NCBI GenBank assembly: GCA_963702205.1
Contig: OY969724.1
Location: 1,280,001-1,344,000, forward strand
Origin: an uncultured candidate division Zixibacteria bacterium
Lineage (GTDB): Bacteria > Zixibacteria > MSB-5A5 > GN15 > PGXB01
Reading direction: 5' to 3'
Length of the DNA stretch: 64,000 bases
Made by a program: the position numbers and the translations under genes. This document shows, in pieces, positions 18,944 through 29,042 of the stretch. The notes under the pieces were generated by a model that was not told where the DNA came from, made no database searches, and was given only the letters and a program-made list of their open reading frames with translations. Within the stretch, counting starts at the first letter, position 1, and every line of letters begins with the position of its first letter.

Positions 18944-20261
18944 GGGAGTGTACGGAATTTTGTGTAAGCGGCCGGTTCATGTGTTTTCGATCCTTCCCTC
19001 GAAGACGATGCAGAAGTGATTAAGGGCCGCCACCCAGTCCTTGATCGGACGCTTCCATTTTTTCGAGATTCTTTGTATCGCCAGGTAGATCACCTTTCTG
19101 ACTGATTCCACCGTCGGGAACGAGCCGCGATTCCGCGTCACCTTGCGCAACTGAGCATTCATCGACTCGATGGCGTTGGTCGTATAGATAACCTTTCGAA
19201 TCTCTTTGGGGTAGCTAAAAAACGGGATGATGTTCATCCAGCAGGACCGCCATGAGCGGGCGATCTGCGGGAAACGGTCCCGGTATGTGGCCTCGAACGC
19301 CGTCAGGGCCTGCTCGGCGGCTTCTTCGTTGGGCGCCGAGTAGATCGTCTTGAGATCGGCCGCGACCGCCTTGCGCTCTTTCCAACCGACATACTTCAGC
19401 GAGTTGCGCACCATGTGCACGAGACATAACTGCACCTGGGTCTGCGGAAAGGCCGTCTCAATCGCATCAGGGAACCCCGTCAGACCATCGACACAGGCAA
19501 TCAGGATGTCCCGAACGCCCCGGTTCTTAAGCTCCGTCAGCACCGACAGCCAGAACTTCGAACCCTCCTGATCGCCGACCCACAAACCCAAGAGTTCCTT
19601 GTAACCCTCCGGCGTGATCCCCAAGGCCAAATAGACCGCCTGGTTTTTGACCTGGCCGCTCTGACGAAGCTTCAGGTGGATGGCGTCCAGATAGACGATC
19701 GGGTAGACCGCCTCCAGCGGCCGACTCTGCCACACCGTCACCTCCTGAAGCACGGCGTCCGTCACCGCCGAAATCAAGGCCGGGGAAACCTCCGACTGGT
19801 ACATCTCCTCAAGATGACCCTGGATATCCCGCGTCGTCAAACCCCGAGCGTACAGCGCCAACACCTTGTCGTCGAAACCGGGCAGGCGCCGCTGGTGCTT
19901 TTTAACCAACTGCGGCTCGAACTCGCCGTTCCGGTCCCGCGGAATCTCCAGCGTAACATCTGCCGACCCGGTCTTGACCGTCTTGCTGGTTTTGCCGTTG
20001 CGAGAGTTGCCGCTGTTTTTGCCTTCGGGAGCATTGGGCGGATAGCCCAAGTGATGCGTCATCTCACCTGCGAGGGCGCGCTCATACACCCGTTTCGTGA
20101 GCGCCTGCAGAAGACCGCCCTCACCCACTATCTCTTCCGGCGTCTTGCCGGCGATCATCTCGTCGATCAGTTTGTCAGCTTCGTCACGTTTCTTGGCCAT
20201 GATATACCTCCTTCAACTATATATACGTCATGGCCACTTACACAAAAATATTTACACGCGC
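18944..20261 (-). mobile_element. IS256-family insertion sequence, copy 2
   Basis: Same ends and same translated ORFs as copy 1 (offset 7913); flanks AGTGAAGT / GGTTTTTG do not form a TSD. Confidence 0.96.
18977..20200 (-). CDS. IS256-family DDE transposase
   Basis: Protein identical to 11064-12287. Confidence 0.97.
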   Translation of the reverse strand: MAKKRDEADKLIDEMIAGKTPEEIVGEGGLLQALTKRVYERALAGEMTHHLGYPPNAPEGKNSGNSRNGKTSKTVKTGSADVTLEIPRDRNGEFEPQLVKKHQRRLPGFDDKVLALYARGLTTRDIQGHLEEMYQSEVSPALISAVTDAVLQEVTVWQSRPLEAVYPIVYLDAIHLKLRQSGQVKNQAVYLALGITPEGYKELLGLWVGDQEGSKFWLSVLTELKNRGVRDILIACVDGLTGFPDAIETAFPQTQVQLCLVHMVRNSLKYVGWKERKAVAADLKTIYSAPNEEAAEQALTAFEATYRDRFPQIARSWRSCWMNIIPFFSYPKEIRKVIYTTNAIESMNAQLRKVTRNRGSFPTVESVRKVIYLAIQRISKKWKRPIKDWVAALNHFCIVFEGRIENT

Positions 20262-20383
20262 GGTTTTTGTGCGAAATTTATATTGCCGCTGATTGTCATG
20301 CATCTTAGTTTAAACCAAACTTGTTCAACTTTTTCACCTTGATTTGCCAAATTTCGCTGATTACCGGATTAGCGGGAGGAATT

Positions 20384-20851
20384 ATGACCGGTGAATTATC
20401 AACTTCAAAATATGATAGCCATTTTGCCGGATTGGGTCGACGCTTCTTGGCGCTTGTCGTTGATTTAGTAATTTTAAGCCTTGTCTTTTTCCCGGTGACA
20501 AGACTCGTTAAGGGCGTCTGGCTGATGAGCGGCGGGGAACATACCTGGAGCTATGGCTGGTTTATAACCGATCCGCTTTGCCTGGCATTTTTGGCCGTGA
20601 TGTTTTTCTATTTCGTCCTTCTTGAGGGTCTATTGGGAGCAACGATTGGCAAGAAAATTATTGGGTTGCGGGTTGTTAGTGCAGATGGAAAATCGTGTGG
20701 GCTTAAACGATCATTTGTTAGAAATATTCTCAGAATAGTCGATGCTCTGCCGGCGCTTAATATCCTCGGTGTTGTGTTGATTGTCACGTCACCGGAAAAA
20801 GCCCGTTTTGGCGACCGTGTTGCCCGGACGAGAGTGGTAGTCATCGATTAG
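20384..20851 (+). CDS. RDD family membrane protein
   Basis: AGLGRRFLALVVD, GATIGKKIIGLRVV, RNILRIVD, RFGDRVARTRVV; GGAGG RBS before ATG 20384. Confidence 0.92.
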   Translation: MTGELSTSKYDSHFAGLGRRFLALVVDLVILSLVFFPVTRLVKGVWLMSGGEHTWSYGWFITDPLCLAFLAVMFFYFVLLEGLLGATIGKKIIGLRVVSADGKSCGLKRSFVRNILRIVDALPALNILGVVLIVTSPEKARFGDRVARTRVVVID

Positions 20852-20854
20852 ACG

Positions 20855-22078
20855 TCAATGCCTCTGCACCCACCGTGCACTCGCGACCGGGCGGGGGCCG
20901 TCTTCGTACTTATAGCTTATCAAATACAAAATGTCCAAAAGATTGTATGAGGCATCGCCGTTGATATTGGCGCGCCAGATCGGCCAGCGCGGAGCGTGAT
21001 CTCCTTCGTATATCCACCCGATCAGCCCCAGAATATCCAGCAGATTTACGTTATAGTCTCCATTGAAATCGCCGGGAAGATAATTGAAGTCCATTGTCAG
21101 CGGATTATCCCCGGCCGCGTATTTCTGCAGATACGTTCCCGAGGAATCGATCACCCTGATGGTATCGTCGAAGCTGGCGGTAAAACAGGTCGTGTCCTGA
21201 AACATACACAGACCGTACGTGTTGACGCCGACCGTCAAAGGATTGTCGCTGTTGTGATAGACTTCGTGCGTTGCGGCGTTATACGTAAACACCCGGCTGT
21301 TGAAAGTCCAGTCCGGGGCGCTGACATAGGCGATATTGTCCGGTCCGATGCTCAACTGGGCCGGATAACCGCCGACCGGGAACGACGATACCACGGCCTC
21401 ATCGACCGGGTCGATAATGTTGATTCGCCCGGTAGCGGATGAATAGTCTCCGGTGCAGACGACGTGCACGAACCCGGAATCATCGAGCACCAGCATTTGC
21501 GGATTAAGATCGGTGTTGATGGTATTGACGACGGTGCCAAGTGTAATGTCGATAACCGAGACGGTCCCCGGATCATAGCCTCCGGTCGAGAAATTATAGG
21601 CGCTGTTGGCGACAAAGATTTTACCGTCGGTGACCACCAGACCCTCCGGCCCGTTGCCGACCGGAATTTCATATAGCGCCGATTTGTTGATGACATCCAC
21701 GAGTGCCACGGAATTATTGAAAAGCAAAGACACATAAACAAACTGCGAATCGAGAAAGTCCATCCAGTATGGGTTCGAAACCGGCGGCATTGCAATAAAA
21801 CCCACCGTGCTTTCCGAATTAAGATCGATTATCTGAATTTCATTCGTGCCTGAGGCCACTACATAAGCCAATGTATCGCGTACGACAATCTGGTAGGGGT
21901 ACGATGCAATATCGGAGCCGAGAGTAATTATGTCGTTGTCGACCGTGCCGTCGGCCAGATTGATTTTCGACAGGGTTTCGCCCGATGTATTGACCACATA
22001 GGCGCACGGGTCCACCGCATACAAGCTGCAAGCCAACAACGAAAGCAGAATAGTGGTGATATATATTTTATTTTTCAT
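20855..22078 (-). CDS. YncE/BtuG-like beta-propeller protein with C-terminal dockerin-like domain
   Basis: Signal peptide; YVTN-type repeats (AYVVN, IPVGNGPEG, GTVSVID); tail GDFNGDYNVNLLDI...ANINGDASYNLLDILYLI. Confidence 0.8.
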   Translation of the reverse strand: MKNKIYITTILLSLLACSLYAVDPCAYVVNTSGETLSKINLADGTVDNDIITLGSDIASYPYQIVVRDTLAYVVASGTNEIQIIDLNSESTVGFIAMPPVSNPYWMDFLDSQFVYVSLLFNNSVALVDVINKSALYEIPVGNGPEGLVVTDGKIFVANSAYNFSTGGYDPGTVSVIDITLGTVVNTINTDLNPQMLVLDDSGFVHVVCTGDYSSATGRINIIDPVDEAVVSSFPVGGYPAQLSIGPDNIAYVSAPDWTFNSRVFTYNAATHEVYHNSDNPLTVGVNTYGLCMFQDTTCFTASFDDTIRVIDSSGTYLQKYAAGDNPLTMDFNYLPGDFNGDYNVNLLDILGLIGWIYEGDHAPRWPIWRANINGDASYNLLDILYLISYKYEDGPRPVASARWVQRH

Positions 22079-22097
22079 GCTGCATTTCTCCATGATG

Positions 22098-24380
22098 TTA
22101 AGGTGCATATTTTACTCCGCACGATATCCCCCACGAATATCCCGGCATGGGGTAGTGAGCTATCAATACGTAATTTTCATCGCGAATATTGTTAAAGTTC
22201 AAGTCGATCTCGAACGTCCAGCCCTTTTTTAATTCGTACTTGCCACCGAGTCGGGCATTGTCCACGCGATAGGCGTCATAGTACTTCGTGGCTGCTTCAT
22301 TGGTAAAGGCTCGACCGGATTTGCGACTGGTGTATGATCCATAAAGATAATCGAAATCAAATGATACGGAATATGACGAAATATATCGCGGCGAGAACGG
22401 CAGGTCTTTATCGTACGTGTTATGCCCCGGCGTTTTATTGAGCGGCGTCGTGCCGGTGTTCTTATAATCCAGTTTAATGTGATCGTTAAACAAGCCGACG
22501 GCGACAAAGTCATCGCGCCCGGTGATGCGAGCGGAATTGCGATTGACCGGCCGCCAGCCGCCATAAAGCGGCATCCAGACGATAATGTCTTCGATCGTGT
22601 TTTCAAACAAGGTCACGCCCGACGACAGGTGCAGCACTCTGTTCTCATACGAGAATTTAAACCCGAATTCGTACTGTTCGGATTTTTCCGGCTTCAAGCC
22701 GGGATTGCCGCCCGAGACGGCATCTCCCTGCCAGAACAAAGCATTAATCGGAGGGATTTTTAGAGACCGTCCATAAGACGAGGATAAGTTATAAGCGAGT
22801 GCGCCGCTTTTGCCGACCGCCACAGACAGCCGGGGAGACAAATATTCGGTGCCATTAGTCGTGACCGTATCACGCACCGACGTCGAGTCTTTGATGGTGC
22901 GAGTGATATCATAGCGCATCGCGCCACCGATGGAAGCACGGTCGACGAGGCCGTACAACGGTATCGTAAACGACCGCGATGACGATAAGTACACACCGTA
23001 ATTGTTTCGGGTCGACTGATTCATGGAAAAGCGTGGAGCGTAGAAATCCTTATGGTCGAGAAATTCGTAGCGCACCTGTCCACCGACCTGTGTCTCGATA
23101 CGACCCGGCAGCAAGAGCTTATGCAAATAGTGCAGGTCGTAAATGTCATCAATATAGCGGTTGTCGAACCGTACCGGGGGAGGCAGGTTGATGTCGGGCT
23201 CGGCAAATTGCTGCTCCAACCGAGTATATCCGGCGGTAAGTCGGGCGCCGTGCGATGCTCCTCCGGTCAAATCCAACGTGGCCGTACCTGTCAATCGCCG
23301 GTCAAGACCATAAGCAGTCAGGCTCGGCTGCGATGCCGCGCCGGGCAGGCCGTGACGATCGCGATAGTACTGCCCGGAAAATCCTATCGACCGGCTTTTT
23401 GATAATTGATATTGTCCCGACAGGAAGTAATCGTACTTATCATAGCCGTTGTTGGCCCTTTGTCCCTGATATACTTTATTCTGCGGTTGCACGGCGTATG
23501 AGTAAGGAAAAGCACCGTCGGATTGTGATTTCGTGAACGAAAGTTTGGTGGACAGCCGGTCATCGAGCCAATCGCTTTGTAGTCCGGCTTTGTACTTATC
23601 GGAGGCCCATGAGCCCCAATCGCGGCTGAAGGAAGCGTTCGAGGCCCGAACCAGCGCCGGGCTTTGCGTAATAATATTAATTGCACCGGATAAGGCATCG
23701 GGGCCGTAGACGGCCGAGGCCCCGCCTTTGATGATTTCGATCCGTTCCACCATATCCAGCGGGATGCTGCTTAGGTCGGCCGAACCATCGGACGGCCCGT
23801 TGATCCGTTGACCGTCGAGCAAAACCAGCACGTCGCTTGATTTGCTTCCCCGGATTTTTACTTCGGAGCGGCTCCCCGACGGCCCGGCGGTTTCTATTTG
23901 CACCCCGTCGACATCAGCGAGAAGATCGGCCAGTGATGAAGCGTGCGATTCGTCGATGGCTCGTTTGTCGATAATGGTCGCACCGACGTCGGACATTTTG
24001 ATTCTTTCACCGTACACTTTTAAAGAGGGCAATATATAAACGACCGGTTCCAGTTCGATATCAATGCGAACGGGCATGTCCGGGGAGATTTCAATATTGT
24101 CGGTTCGACAGGCTTTATATCCAACCGACGAAACGACAAGATCGTACTTCCCGGCCGGGACATTTTCCAGATTGAAATTGCCTTGATTGTCTGATAAGGT
24201 CCCGAACTCGGTCTTAGCGAGCGAAATGGTGGCGGCTATCACGGGCAGACCGGATGTAATGTCGCTGACGCTGCCCTCGATTTTTGTATTGGATGCCGCC
24301 CGGACGGCAGGTCCCATACCAAAAACCAAAAGAGCCAAATTGCAAAATATTGCCAGTGAAAGACTTTTACCAATTGCCAT
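22098..24380 (-). CDS. btuB: TonB-dependent receptor, probable cobalamin transporter
   Basis: Carboxypeptidase-regulatory-like N-domain, plug motifs IRGS..VLVLLDG and IERIEIIKG-like/YGPDALSGAINIIT, GNPGLKPEKS; follows a cobalamin riboswitch; start MAIGKS (ATG 24380). Confidence 0.88.
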   Translation of the reverse strand: MAIGKSLSLAIFCNLALLVFGMGPAVRAASNTKIEGSVSDITSGLPVIAATISLAKTEFGTLSDNQGNFNLENVPAGKYDLVVSSVGYKACRTDNIEISPDMPVRIDIELEPVVYILPSLKVYGERIKMSDVGATIIDKRAIDESHASSLADLLADVDGVQIETAGPSGSRSEVKIRGSKSSDVLVLLDGQRINGPSDGSADLSSIPLDMVERIEIIKGGASAVYGPDALSGAINIITQSPALVRASNASFSRDWGSWASDKYKAGLQSDWLDDRLSTKLSFTKSQSDGAFPYSYAVQPQNKVYQGQRANNGYDKYDYFLSGQYQLSKSRSIGFSGQYYRDRHGLPGAASQPSLTAYGLDRRLTGTATLDLTGGASHGARLTAGYTRLEQQFAEPDINLPPPVRFDNRYIDDIYDLHYLHKLLLPGRIETQVGGQVRYEFLDHKDFYAPRFSMNQSTRNNYGVYLSSSRSFTIPLYGLVDRASIGGAMRYDITRTIKDSTSVRDTVTTNGTEYLSPRLSVAVGKSGALAYNLSSSYGRSLKIPPINALFWQGDAVSGGNPGLKPEKSEQYEFGFKFSYENRVLHLSSGVTLFENTIEDIIVWMPLYGGWRPVNRNSARITGRDDFVAVGLFNDHIKLDYKNTGTTPLNKTPGHNTYDKDLPFSPRYISSYSVSFDFDYLYGSYTSRKSGRAFTNEAATKYYDAYRVDNARLGGKYELKKGWTFEIDLNFNNIRDENYVLIAHYPMPGYSWGISCGVKYAP

Positions 24381-24522
24381 ATTCGACCGCAATCCCGTCG
24401 CGCGCGTTCGAGCATAGCGGAGCGATGGCCGAAAAATAAGCCGCACAATCAACTCCGCGAGTTGCCGGCGGCGCGTCCGATAGTTTCCGGTCAGCCCGCG
24501 CTGACGGCAACGGCTTCGATTT

Positions 24523-24695
<173 letters not shown>

Positions 24696-24740
24696 ACCAA
24701 TTATAAATTATGGATATGTGGTTAGTCAAGATTGAAATTA

Positions 24741-24773
24741 AAAAAATAACCGCCCGAGAATTCAGGCGGCTAT
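24741..24773 (-). terminator. Intrinsic terminator
   Basis: Minus strand ATAGCCGCC-loop-GGCGGTTAT followed by a T run, just after the 24796 stop. Confidence 0.7.
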
Positions 24774-24795
24774 AAATAAAGATATGACCGAGCGA

Positions 24796-25212
24796 TTAAG
24801 AGACTTTTTCTCTTTCGTAGGCCGGAGGTTTGGAATAATTATCCGGAGGCGGGTAGCTGCCGGACGTAAATCCCAAAAGACCGATGGCGACGAGGTTAAT
24901 AAACGGGATAATCACCAAAAATCCCCATATGGGTGATTTTCCGCAGTTCTTGGCGGTTTCCATCCAAAGCCAGGCAATGGCGACGACGTTGACAAACGGG
25001 ATCAGACAGATAAAAAACCACCAGAGTGGTTTGTTGGCCAATTGGATAAGCTGAACGAAGTTGAGGATCGGAATGAATGAGTACCAAGGGTTGCTGTGGC
25101 CAATCTGTTTGGCGATTTTGTATTGAGCAAAGCCGAAATAAAACCAGAGACCCAAAAGTATCAGCCAGAAAAACAGGCCGAAGGCTCCGCTCGAGTAACC
25201 GGGATCGTACAT
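24796..25212 (-). CDS. DUF5684-like small membrane protein
   Basis: YKIAKQIG..NPWYSFIPILN, KPLWW, IPFVN, AKNCGKS pattern; GGAGG RBS. Confidence 0.75.
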   Translation of the reverse strand: MYDPGYSSGAFGLFFWLILLGLWFYFGFAQYKIAKQIGHSNPWYSFIPILNFVQLIQLANKPLWWFFICLIPFVNVVAIAWLWMETAKNCGKSPIWGFLVIIPFINLVAIGLLGFTSGSYPPPDNYSKPPAYEREKVS

Positions 25213-25535
25213 AATGTCCTCCAGGTTTGGTTCTTGTTGAAAACGACGCCAGGGGGTCGTCGATGCTTTTAATAGTTATCGACATCGGGCTAAGGTCTCA
25301 TTAGTAATAAACCAAATCCATCCAAAGCGAATTGTTCAAGATTTGCACAGTGAAATTTGGAAGGTCTTTTAAGTATCGCAATTTCGGTCGTTTAGGGGTC
25401 AGCAAAACGCCGATTTTGCCGACATTTATATGAAAAGAAGTATATCGGAGTAAACTTGGACGCTTTCAATGCCCGTGGAATTTTGAAATTGCCGTCTTTT
25501 TACATATTAATAAGCTGGGGCTGAACGGAAGAATT

Positions 25536-28280
25536 ATGTTCCAATCGCTCAGGGATGTCTCCATTGACAAAAAGCTAACCCTGTTGGTTCTGACTTTTTC
25601 GGGGATGATACTGCTTCTGGCGTGTATTGTTTTCATCATTTATGACTACAATAACCTACGCTCTGAAATGGTCGGAAAGACGTGCGACCTGGCGACGATT
25701 GTCGGCAGCAATACCCTGGACGAACTCGAGAATGAGGATGCCGCTGCGGCCCAAAGGGAGCTTTCCTGGCTGAAAATCGAAACCAATATCAAGGCGGCCG
25801 TGCTGTATGACGACAAAGACAGAGCGATGGCGTGGTTTGGACTCGATGCCAAAGACCCGGCTTTGTTCGCCCCCATTCATGAAAATGGGGAGTATTTCGA
25901 TGATGAATATCTTACTGTTTACAAACCGCTGACGAGCAATGGCAAATCAGAAGGACTTCTATATATTCGCGCCAGCCTGGACGATCTGAATAAACAGCTC
26001 ATAGGTCAACTGAATATTACCATCGCCTTTCTTGTTATCGGATTGATTTCAGCCTTATTGGTAGCCTATCTCATTCGACGTCTGGTCACGCGCCCTATCG
26101 TGGAATTATCGTCGATGGCCCGGGCCATATCCGAAAGCCAGGACTACTCCATTCGAGCCCCTAAGAAAAATAACGATGAGATTGGACTTCTCGTACACAG
26201 TTTCAACGATATGCTGTCACAAATACAGGAGCGCGATTCCGAACTGATACGTGCGCAGAAAGTGGTCGCCGAATGGGCTGAAAAACTCAACGAGGAGCTC
26301 TCCGTCCGGCGTCGCACCGAGGAAGCACTGCGCGAGAAGGAAACGAAATATCGGACCTTGTTCAATATGGCCGAAGACGCCATATTTTTAATGACGGGCG
26401 ACAAGTTCATAGATTGCAATGAATCGACGCTTCGCGTCTTTAGATGTGACCGCGAACGAATTATAGGGCAGCCGCCGTATAAATTCTCTCCGGAATTCCA
26501 GCCCGATGGTCGCCAGTCGAAGGAAAAGGCCCTGGAAAAAATCAAAGCTACTCTCGCCGGCAAACCACAATCTTTCGAGTGGACTCATTGCCATTGCGAT
26601 GGTACTCCATTTGACGCTGAAGTCAGTCTGAACCGCATGGAACTCGAAGGCGAAGAATTTTTGCTGGCGATCGTGAGGGACGTTACGGAAAGGAACGCCG
26701 CCGAAAAGGCCATAAAAAACAGCGCCGATATTTTAAGGTCGACTATCGAATCGACCGCCGACGGTATCCTGGTGGTGAATGATCAGGGCCAAACCGTCTA
26801 TGCCAATAAGAAATTCGCGCAGATGTGGCGCATACCGCAGGATCTTATGGATACGCATGACGATGAAAAATTCCTGGCTTTCGTGCTGGACCAGTTGCAG
26901 GATCCACAGCTTTTCATTGATAAAGTGCATCGTCTTTATAAATCCCATGAAATTGATATCGATACGCTGTACTTCAAGGACGAACGGGTTTTCGACCGCT
27001 ATTCCTGCCCTCTGATACGAGACGGGGAAATCGGCGGACGCGTGTGGAGTTTCCGCGACGTTACGGAGAAGGTGCAGTCCGAACGGCAGAAAAATCAATT
27101 GAAGGAAAAACTTGAACGGGCTCGTCGTATGGAATCCCTGGGGATTCTGGCCGGCGGTGTCGCCCATGACCTCAACAATATGCTGGGTCCCCTGGTGGGA
27201 TATCCCGAATTGATATTGAGAAAGCTGCCCGAAGACAGCCCGGTCCGCCAGCAAATAATCCGCATGGGTCGGTCGGCCAAAGATGCCGCCGACGTCATAC
27301 AGGATTTATTGTCTTTGGCCCGCCGGGGGCGGTACGAAATGGAGCCGCTCGACCTGAATAATGTTATTCGGGGTTATCTCGATTCTCATGCCGCCGCCAA
27401 AATGATTGAGAATAGCCCTAATATAAAACTAAATGTCAATCTTGATGACGAAAACTGTCTGATTTTGGGTTCGTCAGTGCATTTATCCAAAGCCATCATG
27501 AACCTGATCGTCAATGCTTTCGATGCCCTGTCGGAAGGCGGCCAGGTAAGCATTACCACCAACCACGAACACCTGACACACTTGCGCGGCGGACACGACC
27601 GAATCTCTCCGGGTGAATATATCGTTTTCAGCGTCAAGGATAACGGTCCGGGAATCGACAAGGCCGACCTGGAAAAAATTTTCGAGCCGTACTATTCCAA
27701 GAAAAAAATGGGGACCAGCGGCAGCGGCCTGGGTCTTTCGGTCGTTTATGGGATTGTCAAAGATCACAGCGGCTATTACGACGTCTTTTCCAAACCCGGG
27801 GACGGGGCCGAGTTCGTATTGTACTTCCCGATAACAAACCGTGAAGCCATCCGGGCCGAGGAAATCGTTGATGATTTCAGCGGACACGAGAAACTGCTGG
27901 TGGTCGATGATTCTTTCGAGCAAAGAGAAGTCGCTACCGCCCTGCTGACGACCCTTGGCTACGACGTATCAGCCGTATCCGGCGGACGAGCGGCATTGGA
28001 ATATCTGAAAACCAACCTGGTCGATCTGGTCCTTCTCGACATGATTATGGAAAATGATTTCGACGGGCTCGATACCTATCGGGAAATTCTGAAAATTCAT
28101 TCCTCACAGAAGGCCGTAATAGTCAGCGGGTTTTCCGCCACCGACCGCGTGGAAAAGACGCTCGAACTGGGGGCCGGCCGATATATCAAAAAACCCTATA
28201 CCCGACAGGATATAGGTCGGGCCGTGCGCGAAACACTCGACGGTATTCCTCGCCAGATTCAAAAATCGGTTACCAGGTAA
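25536..28280 (+). CDS. Hybrid sensor histidine kinase (periplasmic sensor, HAMP, 2 PAS, HisKA, HATPase, REC)
   Basis: Two TM segments, DEIGLLVHSFNDM, GGVAHDLNN, DNGPGI, GSGLGLS, LLVVDD..LLDMIM..KP. Confidence 0.95.
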   Translation: MFQSLRDVSIDKKLTLLVLTFSGMILLLACIVFIIYDYNNLRSEMVGKTCDLATIVGSNTLDELENEDAAAAQRELSWLKIETNIKAAVLYDDKDRAMAWFGLDAKDPALFAPIHENGEYFDDEYLTVYKPLTSNGKSEGLLYIRASLDDLNKQLIGQLNITIAFLVIGLISALLVAYLIRRLVTRPIVELSSMARAISESQDYSIRAPKKNNDEIGLLVHSFNDMLSQIQERDSELIRAQKVVAEWAEKLNEELSVRRRTEEALREKETKYRTLFNMAEDAIFLMTGDKFIDCNESTLRVFRCDRERIIGQPPYKFSPEFQPDGRQSKEKALEKIKATLAGKPQSFEWTHCHCDGTPFDAEVSLNRMELEGEEFLLAIVRDVTERNAAEKAIKNSADILRSTIESTADGILVVNDQGQTVYANKKFAQMWRIPQDLMDTHDDEKFLAFVLDQLQDPQLFIDKVHRLYKSHEIDIDTLYFKDERVFDRYSCPLIRDGEIGGRVWSFRDVTEKVQSERQKNQLKEKLERARRMESLGILAGGVAHDLNNMLGPLVGYPELILRKLPEDSPVRQQIIRMGRSAKDAADVIQDLLSLARRGRYEMEPLDLNNVIRGYLDSHAAAKMIENSPNIKLNVNLDDENCLILGSSVHLSKAIMNLIVNAFDALSEGGQVSITTNHEHLTHLRGGHDRISPGEYIVFSVKDNGPGIDKADLEKIFEPYYSKKKMGTSGSGLGLSVVYGIVKDHSGYYDVFSKPGDGAEFVLYFPITNREAIRAEEIVDDFSGHEKLLVVDDSFEQREVATALLTTLGYDVSAVSGGRAALEYLKTNLVDLVLLDMIMENDFDGLDTYREILKIHSSQKAVIVSGFSATDRVEKTLELGAGRYIKKPYTRQDIGRAVRETLDGIPRQIQKSVTR

Positions 28281-28481
28281 GAACCGTCCGAATCTTCAAG
28301 CAATCCTACCGGCTTCACTTGACAAATCATTTATCCTGGCTTTATTATTTCGCAATATTTGAAATGGAGCGATGTTTATTGGATCGTCTCGGAGCGCCAA
28401 CGCGGATTTTTTTATATCTTGATCGGGCGGGGCTGTTTTACATAAATTTGAATTATTATATTTGAAATAACGGAGCGTGCT

Positions 28482-29012
28482 ATGCCAACCAGAAGAGCCG
28501 GTGACATGATGATACCGCTGGAGAAATACCCTCACATTCCCCATTGGTTTACCCTTCGGCAGGCGGTGGCCGAAATAAAGAAATCGGAACTTGAGGTCGG
28601 GGGCCAAAAGTCGCTGCCCCGTTCGGTGCTCGTGTTCGACGAAAAATATCACCTGCTCGGTGTGGCCCGCCGTCGCGATATTCTCCGGGGGCTGGAACCG
28701 AACTTCCTCAAAACCATGCCGATGGCTCATCGCCGTCAACTGTTCGACATCGAAGCCGACCCGGATTTGACGGTCCTGTCCACGGGCCGGGTGGCTCAGG
28801 CGGTTCGGGAGCAGGCCGAGCAGCCGATAAGTGTCGTCATGCAGCCGATCACGGATACGGTCGAGTTTGACGACCATATCACGAAGATCATTTATAAAAT
28901 GATCAGCAAGGACCTGGACCTGTTGCCTGTGATGAAGGACAACAGAATCGCCGGGGTCGTGCGGTCGGTCGACGCCTTCAATGAGATCGCCGGCATTCTG
29001 CTCGAGGAATAA
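28482..29012 (+). CDS. CBS domain protein
   Basis: Tandem CBS pattern (SVLVFDE..LLGV..RRDIL; LLPVMKDNRIAGVVRSVD). Confidence 0.85.
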   Translation: MPTRRAGDMMIPLEKYPHIPHWFTLRQAVAEIKKSELEVGGQKSLPRSVLVFDEKYHLLGVARRRDILRGLEPNFLKTMPMAHRRQLFDIEADPDLTVLSTGRVAQAVREQAEQPISVVMQPITDTVEFDDHITKIIYKMISKDLDLLPVMKDNRIAGVVRSVDAFNEIAGILLEE

Positions 29013-29042
29013 TAACAGAGTGAACGTGAATTTTGGTGGACT

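Noticed and set aside
11031..20261. Composite transposon that delivered the hdr/flavoprotein operon
   Set aside because: Copy 1 has its own TSD within a gene that continues inside the interval, and the outer flanks do not match.
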